Shown here: in pieces, positions 21,787 through 30,414 of the stretch
Layout of the letters: each line of letters opens with the position of its first letter
Numbering within the stretch: position 1 is the stretch's first letter
DNA from: a virus
Lineage: Duplodnaviria; Caudoviricetes
Strand: one strand, 5' to 3'
Virus record (IMG/VR): IMGVR_UViG_3300021962_000022
Length of the DNA: 64,000 bases
Position numbers and translations under genes: made by a program
The notes under the pieces: generated by a model
What the model was told of the DNA's origin: nothing
The model's database searches: none
What the model saw: the letters and a program-made list of their open reading frames with translations, nothing else

Positions 21787-24700
21787 TTATTCTGCTCTAT
21801 AAAAATTTAATTTATCATCAACACTATTTGATGTTGAAAATGTTTGATTTGCTTCACTAATTATGGTTGAGTTTGTTTCATCCACTGTGGATGCAATACC
21901 AAATTTTATGTCTTTACCACTTTTTCTACTTTTGAATTTTGATAATTTAAAATTCTTTTCTTTTGGTTTTTCAACAAATTTTTCTAATCTCTTTTTTAAT
22001 TGGTTCTTTAATCCGTTTGAATATAACGTAGTATCTTTAAATTCAGACATTAAACTATCTACACTATCTGATAATAATTCTTTCATTAAAAAGTCAAAAT
22101 CTGCAGATTGTATAGTTGGATTTAAGAAGGTAATGTTTGTTGATAAACCCTCAAATAATTTTGATGTGTTTGTATCAATATAACTAATACATGTCTCATA
22201 CTCATTATATAATAAATCAGACGTAAAACCACTCATAGTTACGGATTTAACAACACCATCTGAAACTGTTGAGTCCTTACCATTTTTAATTACGAAGTTT
22301 ACTTTATCTAAAGATGTAATTAATTGATTTCTTGACTTTTCTAAATCTGATAAAAGAGCGGTAGAATCTGTTAATTCATTTATTTTGTTTTCTATAATTT
22401 TTTCAGTAATGAATTTTTTTAATATTTTTTCATTTGTGTCCGTAAGAAGTGAACCTGTCATTTCTTTATTAAATGACAACATATCTACTAAGTACGTTGA
22501 AGAAGAGTTATTTACGAATGTCGCTAAAGCTGTTTTTAGACCGGCAGTATAGACGTTTAATTCTTGTGTCTTTTTGTGTAGTCCAAACAGTGTCAATGTT
22601 TTACCTGGTGTGGGTGATGTCGATGTATACACATCGTACTTGTTTATAGGTCTGTAATCACCTTTTAATAACATGGTGGTTATGTCTTTACCATATTTGG
22701 TGTAAACTTTATTGTATGTGGTTGTAAATTTGGTAAAATAATCCTCGGTTGATTTAAAAACAGAATCAATTAATTTTGTATAATTCATTGTGTTTCCGTT
22801 TTCTAACTCACCCATGTAAACCCCATTCTTAACATTATTGGTATTCTGAGTTTGTGAATTTTTATTTATCGAATTATTGTAGGTTTTATTCAAGTCTTCT
22901 AAAAATTCTCTCGTAAATTCTTCGGCCTTTTTACCACCAATAGTTTCGTTTGTTGCAATAGACCTTTCATCGTACATTTCAGTGTTAGCAAAGAAATTAG
23001 ATGAAAGTGCATTTTGCAGTCTTTCTACTGGTTTTGACAAACCTTGACCACCAATAAAGTTTATTGATAACGATACAGATGCAATCATAGGTTGTACACC
23101 AATTCCTTCAGGATTTAAATCCCATAATATTTGACCACCATCATCGAAAGAAATGTTAACATCTCTTATGACAATTTTTGAGTGATAAAAGTCCCCAACT
23201 CTCAATACACAAACAGGAGGTGGTCCAAATGATGTGTTTCGAGCTCTAACGTCTGAATCTTCAGATATTCCTTTTATTGGAATAGTGTCACCCGGTCTAA
23301 TACATTGTTGTAAGAAAGTTAATCGAGCATTCAATCCTTCAGGTGTTGTCGAGTGGAAACCAGGGTGAAAATATTTTAATTTTTCTTTTAAAGACGAGAA
23401 AACTATTGGGTCGGTTTCTTCCAACTTTTTAAAGTAAAAACATTCTGATAATGTTTTTGCAATAATTCTTTTTAAAGGGTCAATAGCCGGTCTACGTGTT
23501 GGTGGGTTAACAACAACTTCACCGTTTTCTTCAATTTTTGTAACAGGTTGAGGAGGTGGTGGTGTAGTTGGTTTTGGTTTTTCCGATTTTTTATTGTACT
23601 TCAAAGAAAACGCGGTTTGTCTACAATAAAAAGCAATTGGTGAGTACACTTTTAAATCAGGTATTTTAACAAAATCTTTATTTAAACAATCAACATCAGG
23701 ATTTGTTCCTGTTAATGATTCACCATAGTTTACTGATTCAATTACTATTTTAGTGTCATGTTCAAAACCAAAATCTTTGGTACTATATTCTTTAACAACT
23801 ACGATAGGTTGTCCCCTTTGTATAACTTCCTTATCATTTTCGGAATTATTTTTATTTACTAAATTTAAACTAGTTGGCCATTTAATTTGCCATTCTTTTT
23901 TTCCACCACTAGCGGTCAATCTATCAAAAATATCTTGGATAACTGAGTGACTTCTTCTTAACGCCAATCTTTCATTGTAATCAGTTGTGGCAACTGAGGA
24001 ACAAGAAGATAGAATCTGAAATTTAATAGTGTCAGCGGTTTTACCCGAAATATCTGTAATTAAATTATTTAGTGTAGTTTCATATGTGTTGAATGAAGTC
24101 TGAGCGTCGTCAAAATATTGACCAATTTTCGTAACTTGGAAGTTAATATCATCTTGAGTTACGGCTTTGTTTTCATCACCAAAAATAAATGATTTTTCTT
24201 TCTTTACTTGTGGGTCCGTTTGTGTTAAACCTGTTAAAGTATTTAAAGCAGAACCCAATTTTGTAATATAATCTTGTTTTCTAACTTTATATGTGTTGTA
24301 AAGTTCTGTGTAGTTTTTGGTCGTATCAAGGTCTAAACTTGGCCCCGGTCTATTGTTTTCGTATTTTAATTTAATTACAACCTCATCAACAGGTTTTGAA
24401 TCGGCGTCATTACCTTGAGGTGTTGTATTTGTTGGTGTTGATTCTACAGGATACTCTGTGGTAACTTTATATTGTTTTATAATCTCAGGATTTTGTCCTT
24501 TATTTAAAAACGATTGAATCAACTTAATGTCGTTTGTATCTAATTGTGCATATCTTCTAATTAATGAATAGAAATCTAATTCTTCACATCCCGCAAAAAA
24601 TGCATTAATGTAGTTTTCAGATTCTTCATCTGACATTCCTTTGAAGTATTCTCTAACTAATAGGTTTAAAATACTTGGGTGGTCGACAACCACTTTAAAT

Positions 24701-26628
24701 GAAAGTTGTCCACTTCTTGATGTATCCTGATATGTGTATATCGGTTCGGGTCTACCTAAGAAAGTATTGTCTTGCCATCTGGCTTGGTTGTTTTCACTAA
24801 CTTTTAAATCATATGGTGGGAACCACATAACTCTACCACCATTAGGGCCTCTTTCACAGAATGGTAAATCATTGTATGTAAAACCAGGTGTGTTTGATGT
24901 TCTCCAAGCTAAGTTTTCAATTGAGAACATATATTTTTTAGCGTAAAATCCGTCACCCGTTGGTGATTCAAATATGTTTGTTGAGTTTTTAGCACCGAAT
25001 GAATTTTTGAAACTATTTTTTGCATCATAGTTTCCACTTGACATCGGAGCAATATTGATGTTCCAAGGTCTACTGTCACCACCTAATATACTATCATCAA
25101 ATTTTCTGATGTTAGCAGTTCTTTTCATGGTGTCAGAATAATTCATATATGACCTATCTTTTGTCCAAACACGACAATATTCAGCACCCGTTTCTTGTTT
25201 GTATTTATCGACAAATTTAATCGCTGAACCTCTTGATAACATTGATTCACCCTCTTTGAAAATTCTACTTGTTTGGTCAATAACGTTACCCACGTGAGTT
25301 CTGGTTGCTTGACCATCCTTAGGCATTGAATCCAATATTTCTTGGGTCTTACCTAAAATTGAATCTTCTCTAAATCCATATTTTGTTGAAATTGAACTAT
25401 TATACGCATCACTTTCTCTTGATTGAAACTCTTGGTTCCATAATCCAATTTTGTTTTGTGAATTTTTACTAATCCAAGTTAACTTTCCACTTATTGGTCC
25501 ACCTTGAGATATATTTCTTTGTCTTTCAAATAAAGTGGCTTGTGCGGGGTCAAACATTAGACTCAAGAAATAACTACTCTTAACCATGTTGTCGTTAAAG
25601 TCAGACATGGTATATTTTACGTCTTCACTTCTATCGTCTCCAATATATGCAACACCTTTTGGTGCTTCTAAACCTAAAACGTTTTTGATTCCACCCGCAA
25701 CACTATTTACAAAGTTGAAGATTTTGGATGACTGTTGAGACCTTGCAACTGTTGTATAGTTTGGTGCATATGTTGAATAGGTTAATTGGTCAAATAAAAT
25801 TTGTTTTTGACCTTCACCCATATATTCAATCATTAAATCAGAAGGTTTTCTTCCTAATTTTGGTCTTCTTTGTATTCCGACTAAACTACCTAAAACACCT
25901 GTAACATCTTGTAATATTGCACCGGCTTCAGTTTTAGGTGATGGTCTATTAATAATTGGGTTTTTAGGGTCACTTAAATAATCACCCGGTATCTCACTAA
26001 AAGGTGATTCAATACCCGCAACTGTTTGAATAAAATCAACACCCTTTCCTAATAAACTTTTAGCGACGGTAATTTTGTAATTTTTTTCAACTAAAGGTTC
26101 TCTACCTGTTACAATATTGATTGCGGTGGCAAGATTACCACCTAAAGCATCAAGAGCTCTAACTCTACCTAATGTAGCGGATTCAAGATTTTGTTGTAAT
26201 CTAGCAAATACCGGTCCTTGTTTATTCTCTCTAATATTAGTTGTTGCGAATTTCATTAACCTCGAATCATTATCGAAGTTTTGGCCTCCCATAATACTAA
26301 CTAAATTAGTTGTCTGTGGTTCAAATGAATTAAAATATCCGTCATATAAAATACCACCATTTAACAACGCTAAATTTGGTAGTGACGTATCAGTGTATTC
26401 TTCAATCGTACTGTTTGGTGGTAAATATAAATTGATAAAATTTTGACCAAAGTAAACCGCCCAGTTTGTTTTAACATCACCCGGGTCAACGTTTGCAAAA
26501 TTATTTAGGTTTTGAACAGCATAATTTGCATCAGTGAACGTCTGTGGTCCATTGGGTCTATTTAGAGTTTTTGATATTAAAAAATCTCTAAAAGTTTTCG
26601 TACTGTTAAAATCTAAATATGTTGGCAT
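21787..26628 (-). CDS. Large baseplate/tube-initiator-like protein with OmpA-like motif (1613 aa)
   Basis: VMWFPPYDL...FLGRPEPIYTY and PPVCVLRVGDFYHSKIVI tube-initiator-like segments; YNERLALRRSHSV motif. Confidence 0.6.
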   Translation of the reverse strand: MPTYLDFNSTKTFRDFLISKTLNRPNGPQTFTDANYAVQNLNNFANVDPGDVKTNWAVYFGQNFINLYLPPNSTIEEYTDTSLPNLALLNGGILYDGYFNSFEPQTTNLVSIMGGQNFDNDSRLMKFATTNIRENKQGPVFARLQQNLESATLGRVRALDALGGNLATAINIVTGREPLVEKNYKITVAKSLLGKGVDFIQTVAGIESPFSEIPGDYLSDPKNPIINRPSPKTEAGAILQDVTGVLGSLVGIQRRPKLGRKPSDLMIEYMGEGQKQILFDQLTYSTYAPNYTTVARSQQSSKIFNFVNSVAGGIKNVLGLEAPKGVAYIGDDRSEDVKYTMSDFNDNMVKSSYFLSLMFDPAQATLFERQRNISQGGPISGKLTWISKNSQNKIGLWNQEFQSRESDAYNSSISTKYGFREDSILGKTQEILDSMPKDGQATRTHVGNVIDQTSRIFKEGESMLSRGSAIKFVDKYKQETGAEYCRVWTKDRSYMNYSDTMKRTANIRKFDDSILGGDSRPWNINIAPMSSGNYDAKNSFKNSFGAKNSTNIFESPTGDGFYAKKYMFSIENLAWRTSNTPGFTYNDLPFCERGPNGGRVMWFPPYDLKVSENNQARWQDNTFLGRPEPIYTYQDTSRSGQLSFKVVVDHPSILNLLVREYFKGMSDEESENYINAFFAGCEELDFYSLIRRYAQLDTNDIKLIQSFLNKGQNPEIIKQYKVTTEYPVESTPTNTTPQGNDADSKPVDEVVIKLKYENNRPGPSLDLDTTKNYTELYNTYKVRKQDYITKLGSALNTLTGLTQTDPQVKKEKSFIFGDENKAVTQDDINFQVTKIGQYFDDAQTSFNTYETTLNNLITDISGKTADTIKFQILSSCSSVATTDYNERLALRRSHSVIQDIFDRLTASGGKKEWQIKWPTSLNLVNKNNSENDKEVIQRGQPIVVVKEYSTKDFGFEHDTKIVIESVNYGESLTGTNPDVDCLNKDFVKIPDLKVYSPIAFYCRQTAFSLKYNKKSEKPKPTTPPPPQPVTKIEENGEVVVNPPTRRPAIDPLKRIIAKTLSECFYFKKLEETDPIVFSSLKEKLKYFHPGFHSTTPEGLNARLTFLQQCIRPGDTIPIKGISEDSDVRARNTSFGPPPVCVLRVGDFYHSKIVIRDVNISFDDGGQILWDLNPEGIGVQPMIASVSLSINFIGGQGLSKPVERLQNALSSNFFANTEMYDERSIATNETIGGKKAEEFTREFLEDLNKTYNNSINKNSQTQNTNNVKNGVYMGELENGNTMNYTKLIDSVFKSTEDYFTKFTTTYNKVYTKYGKDITTMLLKGDYRPINKYDVYTSTSPTPGKTLTLFGLHKKTQELNVYTAGLKTALATFVNNSSSTYLVDMLSFNKEMTGSLLTDTNEKILKKFITEKIIENKINELTDSTALLSDLEKSRNQLITSLDKVNFVIKNGKDSTVSDGVVKSVTMSGFTSDLLYNEYETCISYIDTNTSKLFEGLSTNITFLNPTIQSADFDFLMKELLSDSVDSLMSEFKDTTLYSNGLKNQLKKRLEKFVEKPKEKNFKLSKFKSRKSGKDIKFGIASTVDETNSTIISEANQTFSTSNSVDDKLNFYRAE

Positions 26629-26656
26629 TTATATTATAAATAGAAACTTTTTATTT

Positions 26657-28603
26657 TTAATAGAATTTTGTTGGTAATGTAGTTGAGGTGTAATCAAGTT
26701 CACTCGGTAAAACAGTATTTGCAATATCATTAGCAATTGATGGGTTATTAACTATTGCACGTGTTGTCGCGTCAACGACCGCATCGTTTGATTTAATATT
26801 TAGGTTAATGTTTTTTGTGGTAACTTGTTGTTCACCTGACCCAATACTTTTTACACCCTTTAATGCCTCTTCACTAATTATACCACTTTTCTGTAATTCT
26901 TCAAAAGATTTTAACATGGGTGTCTTCGTGTTTAGACCAACCTCTTTCCAAAATGCGCCAAGTTCTTCATTTCCTTGTAGTTCGGCTGTTGTTGTCTTTT
27001 TTAAATCTTTTCCAAGTTTTTCTTCTAAGTATTTATCAACTTGAGATAAGGGTTCTCTTAGTCCACCAGCAACTCTAACCTTTGCTAAAGTCAATAATGC
27101 ACTAACATCTTTTTGTATATTTTGTGTGGTTGTATACTGGTCTCTTGCAATATCCTCAACACTCATTTTTTCAAACGCCTGTTGATTTTCTATTAATCCT
27201 TTAGCTATAGCGGGACTCAATTCATCAAGTGCAACTTTTGTATCCTCTAAACCTAACTCTTTTGCCAAAGATTTTGGTACGTCAATTACCATTTGTCCAC
27301 CTTCCATTTTAGAAATGTTGGTAAGGAACTCTTTTTCTTTTTCGTCGATTTGTAAACCTGATGATAGAAGAGCGGTAGCCGCTGAAGACCTTTCTGATGC
27401 CTTTATTGCGGTATTGGCCAATTCATCATAGTTCATACCAAGTTCACTGGCCAACGCTTTGGCTTTTCTTAAATTAGCACCCGATATTTCAAATTTCCCT
27501 AACTCACTATTATATGTTGTTAATGAACCCGCAACACCAATTAACGCGTCTTGTAATCCGCCGGCATCATTTGTTGCCATATACATCAATTTGAGTGGGT
27601 CATTAAAATCTCCAATTGCACCACCTATTGCTTGTAATTCGGCGGACAACGCAATCGCTTTATCAGGGTCCATGGCGTCATCTGCAAGTTTTAATACTGT
27701 AGACATATTCAAGTTAAATTCAATGGATTTTTGAACCATTCTTGTTAAACCTTCCACACCATTTTTAAATCCATATGAATTTAATTTAGACATATTTTGG
27801 TCTAACTCAGATACGACTTTTCTTGCATTTAAACCTAAAGCCAATGAACTTTTACCCGCTTTATCAATTTCTTTAATTGCATCCTTAGCTCCAATACCGA
27901 CTTTTTCAAATCCATCGATAGCACCCGCCAATTTATCCAAATCACCATAAAAAGCTCTCGCTGTTTTTTGGGATTCCTGTAAAACATCGGCACCAAATGT
28001 GGTCATTTTACCTGTATTTTGTACTAATGAAACGGCGTAATCACTAACGTCCTCAAAACCAAATGCCATTGCGGTTGCCGCTGGTAAGGTTTCTAATATA
28101 TTGTTTCGAGCTTCTCTTGATAGCTCACCTGTTAAACCAAGTTGAGAATTTATTTTATTTCGTAATTCAACCTCTTGTTTTAAAACTTGTTGTACACCCT
28201 CCATCAATTTTCCGATACCCGCACCAGCTAAATTCATAACCACATCGCCAACATTTTTTGATTGGTTCATTACATCAAATAAACCTTTAGAAACATCACT
28301 TAATTGAAATATGGTATCTTGAGTACTTTCCAATGATGAATACTGATATCCAGCACCTAACCTACTAATGTCTTGAGTGCCAAGTAACCCTGTAACTGTT
28401 GATTGTGTGGTGGATGTAAGTTTATTAGTACTTCCGGTATTTGAAGTTGTAGTTGTAGCGGTTGAACTATAGGCGGTCCAATAGTTATCGATTTGACCTA
28501 ATAGACTGGGATTATTCTTTACCTCATCACAATCCATAAACTCTTTCTTAAAATTACTGTAAGAAAGTCCTTGTTTAATATCACTAATTCTTGGTGCTGC
28601 CAT
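26657..28603 (-). CDS. Tape measure protein
   Basis: 648 aa, Ala/Gly/Leu-rich helical; downstream of tube and chaperone genes. Confidence 0.7.
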   Translation of the reverse strand: MAAPRISDIKQGLSYSNFKKEFMDCDEVKNNPSLLGQIDNYWTAYSSTATTTTSNTGSTNKLTSTTQSTVTGLLGTQDISRLGAGYQYSSLESTQDTIFQLSDVSKGLFDVMNQSKNVGDVVMNLAGAGIGKLMEGVQQVLKQEVELRNKINSQLGLTGELSREARNNILETLPAATAMAFGFEDVSDYAVSLVQNTGKMTTFGADVLQESQKTARAFYGDLDKLAGAIDGFEKVGIGAKDAIKEIDKAGKSSLALGLNARKVVSELDQNMSKLNSYGFKNGVEGLTRMVQKSIEFNLNMSTVLKLADDAMDPDKAIALSAELQAIGGAIGDFNDPLKLMYMATNDAGGLQDALIGVAGSLTTYNSELGKFEISGANLRKAKALASELGMNYDELANTAIKASERSSAATALLSSGLQIDEKEKEFLTNISKMEGGQMVIDVPKSLAKELGLEDTKVALDELSPAIAKGLIENQQAFEKMSVEDIARDQYTTTQNIQKDVSALLTLAKVRVAGGLREPLSQVDKYLEEKLGKDLKKTTTAELQGNEELGAFWKEVGLNTKTPMLKSFEELQKSGIISEEALKGVKSIGSGEQQVTTKNINLNIKSNDAVVDATTRAIVNNPSIANDIANTVLPSELDYTSTTLPTKFY

Positions 28604-28614
28604 ACCTATAAATA

Positions 28615-28758
28615 CTATTTAGGACTATTTTCTAATTCAAGAATATATTCCACATAATATCTACGTATAAAAATTGGCATCGTCAAAATATCACCATAAC
28701 TAAAACCTTTTTTGATTAAAAATAAAATTTCATCTAATTGACCTTTCTTATAATCCAT
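28615..28758 (-). CDS. Tail assembly chaperone C-terminal extension (lambda T-like), 47 aa
   Basis: MDYKKGQLDEILFLIKKGFSYGDILTMPIFIRRYY; overlaps chaperone end in +1 frame immediately upstream of tape measure. Confidence 0.65.
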   Translation of the reverse strand: MDYKKGQLDEILFLIKKGFSYGDILTMPIFIRRYYVEYILELENSPK

Positions 28759-29497
28759 AGAAAGGACGAAAAAACTCCACCCCGAAGCCGATTTCAACAT
28801 CGACATCTTCTCCTGACGGGGTTTTTACTTTTTTTACTAAATCTAATCCTGGTTTATTTTCTTTAACAAATTTTTTGAAATCTTGTGAATCTTTGATTGG
28901 GAGTCTTTCTACAAAGTTGTGAATGTTCATCATATCTCTATTACCCTCAACAGATTTAATCATAATTTCTAATTGTTTAGTGACAATAGGTGCAACACCT
29001 TGTCCATTCCAACTTCGTTTTAAATCCTCTAAATCTTTTTCTTGTTTTGGTGTTAAAAACTTGAAAGTAATATGAACTTTAGATTTTTCCATAAAATATG
29101 GGTATTCACCATTTGTATCCGATTCTAAATTAAAATCTTTAAATTTTAATTCACTCATATCAACACTTGCCGTGTATTCCTTTTCTGTTTTTGGGTCTTG
29201 TAGATATAATTTATATTCAGGACCAAAAGCGGTATTTCTTAGGAAAATTAATATCGCTTGTCTATCTTCCTCTACAATATCTTCAACTTGAATGTCCCTA
29301 TCTAAAACTTTTCTTTTTAATAGTTCCTCAATCACTCCATTGGTGGCAATTAAATTCTGAGCTGATAAAATATTCTCATCCGCTGCTGTTAGATATGCAA
29401 CCTTTAATGATTTCTTTTTATTTTGATAGTGTATACCTCTTGAAGGTAATTCAACAACATCATACGCAATTGTTGGGTCTACTCTAAATTCATCCAT
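28748..29497 (-). CDS. Tail assembly chaperone / gp26-like hub assembly protein
   Basis: VVELPSRG...YLTAADENIL...DRQAILIFLR; lies between tube and tape measure. Confidence 0.7.
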   Translation of the reverse strand: MDEFRVDPTIAYDVVELPSRGIHYQNKKKSLKVAYLTAADENILSAQNLIATNGVIEELLKRKVLDRDIQVEDIVEEDRQAILIFLRNTAFGPEYKLYLQDPKTEKEYTASVDMSELKFKDFNLESDTNGEYPYFMEKSKVHITFKFLTPKQEKDLEDLKRSWNGQGVAPIVTKQLEIMIKSVEGNRDMMNIHNFVERLPIKDSQDFKKFVKENKPGLDLVKKVKTPSGEDVDVEIGFGVEFFRPFYGL

Positions 29498-29540
29498 ATT
29501 TTTTTATTTTATAACTATTATAATTTACAAAAACTTATAA

Positions 29541-29574
29541 AAAAAGTAAAGGTCTCCTTTTGAGAGACCTTTTA
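29541..29574 (-). terminator. Terminator after tail tube gene
   Basis: AAAGGTCTC/GAGACCTTT stem with flanking A/T runs. Confidence 0.7.
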
Positions 29575-29597
29575 TTGACAGATTTTTTATTATTTGA

Positions 29598-30086
29598 TTA
29601 GTAAACTAATATACATCTATCCATTCTCAATGAACAAGTGATAGATGCAATATCATCTCTTGAATAGTCTAGTTCATTAAAGTTTAAGTCGGTGATAAAA
29701 GTACCTTGAAGTATCCATTTTTCAACCACAACCCCCGTTGGGTCTAACATTTCTAATTCAATGTCTTTTTTATAACCAGCAGCATAACCCATACGACCTG
29801 TAACTGATTCTGCGTGTAAACGGAACCACTCCATTAATGCCTGAGCGGCTGAAGGTCCAATTGGGTCTTTGAAGGTTACTCTTATTTCGTTCCATTCAAA
29901 TCTACCAGCAACATATGTTGATGTGTTGATAAACGGAATCGCAACTGAATTAATTTTTGCACTTGGTCTAGCACTTGAGGTTACATACCATTCGTTGATA
30001 CCCAATGATGAGGGAAATCTTAATATGAATCGGTTAACTCTCTTCGGTTCGTAAGGAACCGGCATTTTCATTAATAAATCTGCCAT
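29598..30086 (-). CDS. Tail tube protein (gp19-like)
   Basis: YEPKRVNRF, AGRFEWNEIRVTF, YKKDIELEMLDPTG..VEKW. Confidence 0.9.
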   Translation of the reverse strand: MADLLMKMPVPYEPKRVNRFILRFPSSLGINEWYVTSSARPSAKINSVAIPFINTSTYVAGRFEWNEIRVTFKDPIGPSAAQALMEWFRLHAESVTGRMGYAAGYKKDIELEMLDPTGVVVEKWILQGTFITDLNFNELDYSRDDIASITCSLRMDRCILVY

Positions 30087-30209
30087 GTCAATATTTGTTT
30101 TTTATTTTTTTTATTGTTAATCTTTCTTATAAATATCCTGTATCTGAAAAAACAAAAAAATCTTGTTCATCCCTTGATTATGTCAAAATAATTTCGTATT
30201 TTTTCCATA

Positions 30210-30305
30210 CTAGTACTAGATGCTAGTAAATATAGAACTAGATTAAATAAACTAGAATAACTAGAATCAAATAAACTAGAACTAGAATACTGGTGCATAT
30301 ACTGG
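30210..30305. repeat. Cluster of CTAG-core (A/T)ACTAGAA-like short repeats
   Basis: CTAG at 30210, 30216, 30223, 30238, 30252, 30261, 30276, 30282 plus two TACTGG variants; non-coding. Confidence 0.85.
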
Positions 30306-30366
30306 GTAATTTATAATTTTATTTTTTTTATATTTTAATATTTTTCTGTGGAACAAATAATATCAA

Positions 30367-30382
30367 CGTTTCACGTGGAACA
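30367..30382. promoter_or_regulatory. parS-like centromere site
   Basis: Minus strand TGTTCCACGTGAAACG matches the parS consensus TGTTNCACGTGAAACA at 15/16; extra half-site GTGGAACA at 30348-30355. Confidence 0.75.
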
Positions 30383-30383
30383 T

Positions 30384-30407
30384 AAAATAGGGAGGGTTTC
30401 CCCTCCC
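30384..30407 (-). terminator. Terminator after tail sheath gene
   Basis: GGGAGGG-GAAA-CCCTCCC-TATTTTA on minus strand. Confidence 0.85.
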
Positions 30408-30414
30408 CTTTTTA

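Noticed and set aside
30087-30414. tRNA or ORF in the sheath/tube intergenic region (other gaps also checked for tRNAs)
   Set aside because: No cloverleaf or T-loop motif, and frames close within a few codons
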